DNA of 64,000 bases from Candidatus Dojkabacteria bacterium (GTDB taxonomy: Bacteria; Patescibacteriota; Dojkabacteria; B142; OLB20), in contig DAOMOX010000002.1 of NCBI GenBank assembly GCA_035444565.1, positions 105,335 through 169,334 of the forward strand, written 5' to 3'. The notes beneath the pieces were generated by a model. The model did not search any database, was not told where the DNA came from, and worked only from the letters and a program-made list of their open reading frames with translations. Made by a program: the position numbers and the translations under genes. Positions within the stretch are counted from its first letter, which is position 1; each line of letters opens with the position of its first letter. Below, piece by piece: positions 57,814 to 64,000 of the stretch.

Positions 57814-60090
57814 ATGAGGCATATAGAAAAAACTGAAAAAGTATCATTACAAAATTTACTCTCTCAGATTCACAAAGGGGAATTTGTAATTCCTGATTTC
57901 CAACGAGAGTTTGAGTGGAATCCTTGGGATGTAGCAGATTTGTTAAAGTCCATTTTTATGGACTACTATGTAGGTACTCTTCTTTTTTGGAAAGCTTCTG
58001 ATGAAAATATCAAAATACTTAATTGTGAGCCAATATATGGTTATAGAAGTAATGGTGATCCTAGACACATTGTACTAGATGGTCAGCAACGTCTATCAGC
58101 CTTGTATTACGCCTTTTTTGCAAAGGACATTCCTTTTCCCAAAAGAAAATCAAGTTGCCATTTTTTTATTGATATTAACAACTTGTTAGATTCCGATTAT
58201 GATGAAGCATTTTATTATGAATGGGAATCTAAAAGTATAAAAAGTCTATTAAGTAACCCAGAACAACAATACAAGAACAACATTTTACCAATCTCTGTTC
58301 TAACAGAGACCTTTGCCTTCTTTACTTGGCTTAACGGATATAAGGAATTCCTTCTAAAACAAGGTGTAGACGCTGAGAAAGTAAACGAAATATATGATGC
58401 TTTAAAGCAAATAGTAGAAGTAACGCTAAGCGAATACAGCATAAGCTACATTGAATTGGACAGGAATATGCCTATTGAAAAAGTATGTGATATCTTTACA
58501 AAGATTAACAGCAAAGGAGTACCTTTAAGTATATTCGACCTTCTCAATGCAATATTACGCCCTCATGAGATCAATCTAAAAGAAAATTGGAGGATTATAA
58601 AAGATGAGTTAATGTTTGTTGATGAAGCAAGAACAAAAGTTCATCTTTTACAGAATATGTCTATAAAACTACAAGACTATTGCTCTCCAAGATATTTGTA
58701 CTATCTTGTACCTAATGCAACGAAAACAATTCGGTTAGAAGACAATACTAAGGAAGAGAAGATACTTGTTGCAGATGCAGTTACTTTTGAGAAGGAATGG
58801 CATGCTTCAATTGAAGCATATAAGAATGCTGTTAAAACGCTTAGAAATCCTCGTGAATATGGAGTAATCGATATGAGATTTCTCCCTTACAATGGAATAT
58901 TACCAATATTTTCGGCACTTAAAGCCTACATTGATAATAATTTAGAAGAAAATCATCTTTCGGCAATCAAGAAACTTAGACAGTGGTATTGGGCATCAGT
59001 TTTTACACAAAACTACTCTAGTTCGGTTGAATCACAGTCTGCAAAAGACTACAAATTGATGATTAAGTGGTTTGAAGATGATGATGCAATACCTGAAATC
59101 GTACAGAGATTTAAAGATTCATACCAAAATTTAGACCTAACCCGAGAAACAAAACAAAATTCAGCGATTTATAATGCAATTTTTAATCTCTATATCATTA
59201 ATGGAGCTAGAGACTGGAAGACACTTGATTTACCTGACTATTCACAACTTGATGATCATCATATTGTTCCACGCTCATGGGGAAAGGATGTTGTTGGTGA
59301 GGATATAAATTCAATACTTAATAGAACGCCTTTACTACCTACAACTAACAGACACATAATTAGTGATACATTACCTAATGAATACTTGCCCAAATTATTT
59401 AGTAGTAATAATGCAGATGAAATTTATAAACTTTTTGCCTCTCATCAGATTAGCAAAAAAGCAATAGAAATATTATCTAAAGAGTCCTTTAATAAAGATG
59501 ATTACTATGAATTTTTAGAGGAAAGAAAGAAACTAATCCTCACTCAGATTCAAACCATATTTGAAGACCCAACAAATGATTCAAATCCAGATACAATTGA
59601 AGAACTCATTGCACTTGGCGAAAATTCCAAGCTTGAGTTTAAATCCTCTTATAGATGGGATATGGACAGAGATATTCAAGATAAAAAAATGGAAGAAATC
59701 ATTTTTAAAACAATATCAGCATTTAATAACGCTCATGGTGGAACATTAATAATTGGGGTTGATGATAACGGTGTTGCATTGGGTCTTGATAAAGATTATT
59801 TGACCTTAAAAGATGGGAACAAGGATGAGTTTGAAATACATTTAAGAAATCAACTTAATAAAACCTTTGGTACTGTTTTTAGTACAACTAATTTAATAGT
59901 TACATTTCCTGTCTTGGATGGAAAAGAAATTTGTAGAATAGATGTAGAAGCAGGTAAGGAGCCTGTTTTCCTAGAAGTTATGGATAAACATGGGCGGAAG
60001 TTTGAGAGATTTTATATCAGAAGTGGGAATACATCACAGCCATTAGAGAAAGGGAGTGAGATAACTGAGTATATAAGAAAAAGGTTTTAA
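57814..60090 (+). CDS. GmrSD-family type IV (modification-dependent) restriction enzyme: DUF262 plus DUF1524 His-Me finger, fused to C-terminal AlbA_2/Schlafen-like domain
   Basis: FVIPDFQREFEW and IVLDGQQRLSALY (DUF262), LDDHHIVPRSWG...NRTPLLPTTN (DUF1524), C-terminal LEFKSSYRW...AFNNAHGGTLIIGVDDNGVALGLDKD (AlbA_2). ATG at 57814 chosen over upstream overlapping start. Confidence 0.65.
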   Translation: MRHIEKTEKVSLQNLLSQIHKGEFVIPDFQREFEWNPWDVADLLKSIFMDYYVGTLLFWKASDENIKILNCEPIYGYRSNGDPRHIVLDGQQRLSALYYAFFAKDIPFPKRKSSCHFFIDINNLLDSDYDEAFYYEWESKSIKSLLSNPEQQYKNNILPISVLTETFAFFTWLNGYKEFLLKQGVDAEKVNEIYDALKQIVEVTLSEYSISYIELDRNMPIEKVCDIFTKINSKGVPLSIFDLLNAILRPHEINLKENWRIIKDELMFVDEARTKVHLLQNMSIKLQDYCSPRYLYYLVPNATKTIRLEDNTKEEKILVADAVTFEKEWHASIEAYKNAVKTLRNPREYGVIDMRFLPYNGILPIFSALKAYIDNNLEENHLSAIKKLRQWYWASVFTQNYSSSVESQSAKDYKLMIKWFEDDDAIPEIVQRFKDSYQNLDLTRETKQNSAIYNAIFNLYIINGARDWKTLDLPDYSQLDDHHIVPRSWGKDVVGEDINSILNRTPLLPTTNRHIISDTLPNEYLPKLFSSNNADEIYKLFASHQISKKAIEILSKESFNKDDYYEFLEERKKLILTQIQTIFEDPTNDSNPDTIEELIALGENSKLEFKSSYRWDMDRDIQDKKMEEIIFKTISAFNNAHGGTLIIGVDDNGVALGLDKDYLTLKDGNKDEFEIHLRNQLNKTFGTVFSTTNLIVTFPVLDGKEICRIDVEAGKEPVFLEVMDKHGRKFERFYIRSGNTSQPLEKGSEITEYIRKRF

Positions 60091-60093
60091 CAC

Positions 60094-60744
60094 TTAGTTA
60101 GGTACATTTAGTGCTAGTACAACCTTTCCGTTTATCAGAAGATCTTCATTCTCAAAAATAAATATCGGTTGGTGCTTTTGATTTGAAGAATTCGGTTTTA
60201 GTACGATAGAATTTTCCGTCTTATTATAAACTTTAATAGTTGCACCCCCATTAATAATGGCAAGTACTATATCACCCTCATTTATTTGCGCTTCTTTGTC
60301 AATAACTGCAAAACTGTTATCACTTAGAAGTGTTGCATAGGGGGACTTTTTACTCGGAGCATATTGCTGATTCATAGAGTCCCCATCTACCTTTACGGCA
60401 AATAAATTGCCATTATTTTTTACCACAGTTGAGTCAACCTCAATAATCCCCATTCTTTCTTCTTCCGCATTCGCAAGTGGCTGTCCTGCATTAGCAACTC
60501 CTAATAGAGGAATTCTAGTAAATTTTAAGCTTTCTACTAATTGCAGAGTTCTCTTACCAATAGAGTTATCTTTGGTTATAAAACCTTCGTTCTCGAGTAC
60601 TTTTACATGGTAATGTACGCCTGCCCTTGATTCTATATCAACGTTATCAGCGATCTCCTCTAATGTTGGCGACACTGAATTTTCGGCAAAATACTCACGA
60701 ATAAAAGCAAGAATCTGTTTTTGTTTTTGAGTTAGTTGAGCCAT
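60094..60744 (-). CDS. LexA-like repressor (wHTH plus S24 self-cleaving peptidase domain)
   Basis: N-terminal LexA-type wHTH (QKQILAFIREYFAENSVSPTLEEIA), AVKVDGDSMNQ Ser motif and downstream INGKVV Lys region. Confidence 0.65.
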   Translation of the reverse strand: MAQLTQKQKQILAFIREYFAENSVSPTLEEIADNVDIESRAGVHYHVKVLENEGFITKDNSIGKRTLQLVESLKFTRIPLLGVANAGQPLANAEEERMGIIEVDSTVVKNNGNLFAVKVDGDSMNQQYAPSKKSPYATLLSDNSFAVIDKEAQINEGDIVLAIINGGATIKVYNKTENSIVLKPNSSNQKHQPIFIFENEDLLINGKVVLALNVPN

Positions 60745-60852
60745 ACTTTGACATTTGTTAAATATTCTGTTAAGCTACATTCTAACATCTTCTAACTTTT
60801 GTTTCAAGTGTTAATAACTGCCCAAACTACTTTAATTAATATATTTATTCAA

Positions 60853-61098
60853 ATGGGTAAGTCGAATATTCATGTTACGAAAAGACAGGACGGTAAGTGG
60901 CAGGACAAAAAGGCAGGTGGAGATAAAGCCTCTGGTGTATTTAATACTCAGAAAGAAGCTGAAAAGCATGCAAAGCAAATATTAAGGAATCAGGGCGGAG
61001 GTGAAGTTAGGATTCACGGACTTGATGGGAAGATAAGGGATTCTGACACAGTAAAACCTGCAAATGATCCTAACCCACCAAAAGATAAAGTACATTAA
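60853..61098 (+). CDS. DUF2188-family small protein (ATG 60853 rather than upstream start of the 99-aa ORF)
   Basis: MGKSNIHVTKRQDGKWQDKKAGGDKASGVFNTQKEAEKHAKQILRNQGGGEVRIHGLDGKIRDSDT matches DUF2188 pattern. Confidence 0.5.
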   Translation: MGKSNIHVTKRQDGKWQDKKAGGDKASGVFNTQKEAEKHAKQILRNQGGGEVRIHGLDGKIRDSDTVKPANDPNPPKDKVH

Positions 61099-61109
61099 TA
61101 AGCATTAAC

Positions 61110-61607
61110 ATGAAAGAATTTATTGAAAACATATCTTTAATTCAATGGATTATCGGCGGCATTATTACTGCATTAATCCCTTTTCTAATCTTTATTCGTA
61201 AATACGTAATTTTACAATTTAGGTTTGCGAATAATCTAAGGAGAAAGATTTATTTTTTAAGATTAGAGGATTCAGCTCCACTAATTTCAGAAAGAGAACT
61301 AATCAGCAAGACAAAGCTATTTAATGTGGAAAAAGATATATACACAGTATCTGATGACCCAAAAGTACTCCAACTTATGGAAAAACATAGCCTATTCGTA
61401 ATTGGCTATGATGCTAACTATAGCAAGTATAAGGAGCTGATAGATAAAGCACAGGAGAACAATACACCAATCATAATTTATGCAAAACAGGGAGAGATAG
61501 AAGATTCAAAACATTGGGATCTCTTCAATAACTACATTTATTGTGATGTAGCCAACACAAGTAGTAGATTAACAGTAATTATTTTAAATACCATGTATAT
61601 TGTCTAA
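61110..61607 (+). CDS. Hypothetical protein with N-terminal TM helix plus about 130-aa soluble domain, first/second gene of the nucleotidyltransferase operon
   Basis: IQWIIGGIITALIPFLIFI helix; 11-nt gap from DUF2188 gene, 2-nt gap to next gene. Confidence 0.35.
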   Translation: MKEFIENISLIQWIIGGIITALIPFLIFIRKYVILQFRFANNLRRKIYFLRLEDSAPLISERELISKTKLFNVEKDIYTVSDDPKVLQLMEKHSLFVIGYDANYSKYKELIDKAQENNTPIIIYAKQGEIEDSKHWDLFNNYIYCDVANTSSRLTVIILNTMYIV

Positions 61608-61609
61608 AA

Positions 61610-62668
61610 ATGAATGATAATAAAATGAATATTAATAGCCTCTTGGAGGAATTTGTGTCTTCAAATCTTTCACCAACAGAGAGTGAGCGAAAAGAAGTTA
61701 GTGCAAAGTATGATGAGTTATCATCAATTTTGAAGGGGCGAAATTTCATATCAGGCTCTTATGGACGATTTACATCCATCACTCCTTTGCATGATGTTGA
61801 TGTGATATGGGAATTACCAGAAGAAACAGTTACAAACAATATTCGTAAATCTATTTCTTTAAAAGTAAGTCCAGATGAGCTTGATGTTAAAAATATACTT
61901 GAGAGTCTTGCAAAAAGGCTACGTGAGGAATATGAAAAGTTTGGTGTCAAGGTGAACGTACTTTCCGAAACACACTCTGTGACTATTGAATTTCTGAACA
62001 GCTCTCATGAGTTTACAATAGATGTTGTTCCTGCAGTGCCTATTACAGAAAAAAATGAATTTGGGTTACCATTGTATATTGTTCCCGAAATTATAAAAGA
62101 CTCGCACAGAGTGAGAAAAGATAAATACTCAAGTAAAGAACCGATTATATGGATTAAAACCGATCCCGAAGGATACATAGAGGAGGCAAGTAAAGCTAAC
62201 GAAGAGAATCAGTCATTTAGAAAATCCGTAAAATTCTTAAAGGGATGGAGAAGAAAATCGAAAGAGGGAGAAGATAACTTTAAACTTAAATCATTCCATA
62301 TAGAACAATATGTCCTGCACTTTCTTCGCGAGAATCACCAGAAAAACACATGGGAAGTAGTTACTACTTTTTTTGATGAAGTTGAACAGATTATTTCAAG
62401 TCCACAAATCCCAGATAGAGCTAATGATACAATATTCATTGATGCCTACATTTCTGAATTAACGGAAGAGGAAACTAGGTTAATTTTGACAAACGCACAG
62501 TTAGCTACAAATCTTCTCAATAAAATCGAACAGGCACAATCTGAGTCGGAAGTGAAGGAATACCTACAGGAAATCTCGCTTATTCAAAAAACTAATAAAA
62601 ATACTATTTATCCAATCACCAAAGATCATGCACCAACAAAACCATGGTATTCAGGTGATTTCAGATAA
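61610..62668 (+). CDS. cGAS/DncV-like nucleotidyltransferase (CD-NTase-like, Pol-beta NTase fold)
   Basis: GSYGRFTSITPLHDVDVIWEL (GS...DxD), third acidic residue in IDVVPAVP, helical-domain motif SVKFLKGWRRK (LKxW). 352 aa, typical CD-NTase size. Confidence 0.5.
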   Translation: MNDNKMNINSLLEEFVSSNLSPTESERKEVSAKYDELSSILKGRNFISGSYGRFTSITPLHDVDVIWELPEETVTNNIRKSISLKVSPDELDVKNILESLAKRLREEYEKFGVKVNVLSETHSVTIEFLNSSHEFTIDVVPAVPITEKNEFGLPLYIVPEIIKDSHRVRKDKYSSKEPIIWIKTDPEGYIEEASKANEENQSFRKSVKFLKGWRRKSKEGEDNFKLKSFHIEQYVLHFLRENHQKNTWEVVTTFFDEVEQIISSPQIPDRANDTIFIDAYISELTEEETRLILTNAQLATNLLNKIEQAQSESEVKEYLQEISLIQKTNKNTIYPITKDHAPTKPWYSGDFR

Positions 62669-63383
62669 ATCGCAAATTCTCGAATACTTAGAATTAGCAC
62701 AACCAAACCTCAAGCTAGAATCTAGTAGTTTGATAAAAGGTAGATTGGTGTTTGCAATGAGAGAAGTTGAAAGAGGTTATGAACTACTCAATCCTTCTAT
62801 ACATTATGATGATCCACGCATTATCCAAGATGAATATTTTATTTCAATAGAGTGGAATATCATTAACAAGCCCTACCCCGTAGTAAAGGAAGATGGAAAT
62901 AGGATTTGTGATTCATTTAAGTGGCTATCAAAAAAGGTTACTTGGATAAGCCACTTAAGAGATCTACATCTTTACGAGGAAGATAACAGTCTATGTCTTT
63001 GCACTAATACAGAATACGAAATACGCTATCCAGATGGTATAAAAATAAACGAACTTGTTGAAGAGCTAATTATTCCGTTTTTTTATTATCAATCCTATCT
63101 CCAGAGAAACCTAAAAGAACCATATTCAGGTAGAGGTCATGGTGTATTAGGTATTTTGGAATACTTAGAAGAGAATAGGCAAATTCCACAATTAGACAGA
63201 ATTACGTTTGAGATATTGCAGAGAGAATATCCTCAGATATTTAATTCAATTAGAGTGAAGAAACCATCTAGTAGTCGAACGTGCATATGTGGCAGTAATC
63301 GAAAGGGAAAGAAATGTCATTGGTCTGCAACAAGAGGTGCTAAACTGCTCTATGAATATATACAAGATGCTAATCCCTCATGA
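62628..63383 (+). CDS. Hypothetical protein with C-terminal SEC-C zinc-binding motif, downstream partner of the nucleotidyltransferase (candidate effector/sensor)
   Basis: C-terminal CICGSNRKGKKCH (SEC-C CxCGS..K..KCH); overlaps cyclase gene by 41 nt (alternative start 62757). Confidence 0.35.
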   Translation: MHQQNHGIQVISDKSQILEYLELAQPNLKLESSSLIKGRLVFAMREVERGYELLNPSIHYDDPRIIQDEYFISIEWNIINKPYPVVKEDGNRICDSFKWLSKKVTWISHLRDLHLYEEDNSLCLCTNTEYEIRYPDGIKINELVEELIIPFFYYQSYLQRNLKEPYSGRGHGVLGILEYLEENRQIPQLDRITFEILQREYPQIFNSIRVKKPSSSRTCICGSNRKGKKCHWSATRGAKLLYEYIQDANPS

Positions 63384-63675
63384 CGTTCTTGATTTAAGAA
63401 TTTCCTTAATTGCAATAACCATTATTTGGAATGGCAACAAAATCAACCCCATCAAACAGCCATAATTTCTAAACCCCGAATTATAATAAACACTCGCCCC
63501 TTTTCCTCTTTTATAAATCATAACAATCGCCCTAACAACTTAAATCTAAAGTTGGAAGCTCAGATAAGAACTTCCACTTATACTCAAACTCCTTTAAACA
63601 TGAGATAATCGTATCAATAAAGGGAAGGAGTCGTTCGTACATAGTACGATCGCCCCGAAAACTTATTCGAATTTT

Positions 63676-64000
63676 ATGAATACAAACCCACACGCTAAAA
63701 GGATTTTATGTTACGGGGATTCATATACTTGGGGATACATCCCAAGTTCTAATCATGAACGATATCCAGCTAATGTTCGATTGACAGGAGTTCTTCAAGA
63801 ACTTCTTGGAGCAAACTTTGAAATTATCGAAGAAGGTTTAAATTCCAGGACTCTTATAAGTGATGATTCAAGACCAGGGAAAGAAGGTAGGAATGGTTCT
63901 ACTTATCTAATTCCGTGTCTGGACACACACGATCCTATCGATTTAGTAATACTATTACTTGGCACGAATGAGCTAAAGGACGAATATAACTCAAAAGAAA
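63676..64000 (+). CDS. SGNH/GDSL-family hydrolase, N-terminal part (continues beyond window end)
   Basis: ILCYGDSYTWG (GDSxTxG block I) and LLGTNEL. Confidence 0.55.
   Translation, partial: MNTNPHAKRILCYGDSYTWGYIPSSNHERYPANVRLTGVLQELLGANFEIIEEGLNSRTLISDDSRPGKEGRNGSTYLIPCLDTHDPIDLVILLLGTNELKDEYNSKE

Overview
AT-rich prokaryotic segment, gene-dense, with almost no Shine-Dalgarno sequences. I think it is most likely an uncultivated archaeon of DPANN-like type carrying many bacterial-type genes. The evidence is tRNAs with non-canonical D-loop/T-loop insertions, an oligo-T run after a tRNA, and TATA-like A/T boxes about 25 bp upstream of starts. The bacterial-type genes are a LexA-like S24 repressor, sortase and family-1 Ung. 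This assignment is an inference. All protein family calls below come from reading motifs in the supplied translations, not from database searches.

Layout:
- 1-24.1 kb: partial ThrRS, then an overlapping alpha-glucan operon (glycogen-synthase-like GT, GH57, debranching enzyme, GH15). It continues with an aldehyde dehydrogenase, sortase, alpha-glucan phosphorylase, Ung, a Nudix protein, membrane proteins, peptidases and many small hydrophobic ORFs. A/T pyrimidine-rich dispersed repeats and a composite hairpin repeat family are scattered through it.
- 24.1-47.1 kb: a defence/accessory island bounded on the right by a tRNA cluster. About 13 kb of same-strand, overlapping genes (minus strand, 37.9 to 24.7 kb) run as follows: unknowns, Mrr-like REase with Zn finger, Cas4-like nuclease, unknown, hsdM, AbiEi/AbiEii, a small TM protein, hsdS, a reverse transcriptase, hsdR, and a DCD/EVE-like domain protein. 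After that come a 1037-aa orphan protein, a NYN pseudogene with an in-frame TAG, an RND transporter flanked by direct copies of the composite repeat, HicB/HicA, and HD plus MazG-like hydrolases.
- 47.1-48.3 kb: tRNA-Pro(GGG), tRNA-Cys(GCA), tRNA-Leu(TAA) and tRNA-Pro(CGG, with a ~28-nt D-loop insertion). They are surrounded by truncated tRNA pseudo-fragments carrying a conserved hairpin insertion, and by a 2x162-bp tandem repeat.
- 48.6-63.4 kb: a second type I R-M (XRE regulator, hsdR, hsdM, RloC-like zinc-hook ABC ATPase, hsdS), a DUF2130-like protein and a GmrSD-AlbA_2 type IV enzyme. A LexA-like repressor is divergently transcribed from a 4-gene operon encoding a cGAS/DncV-like nucleotidyltransferase with non-canonical partners. 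This operon is my top candidate for an undescribed signalling defence system.
- The window ends with a partial GDSL hydrolase gene.
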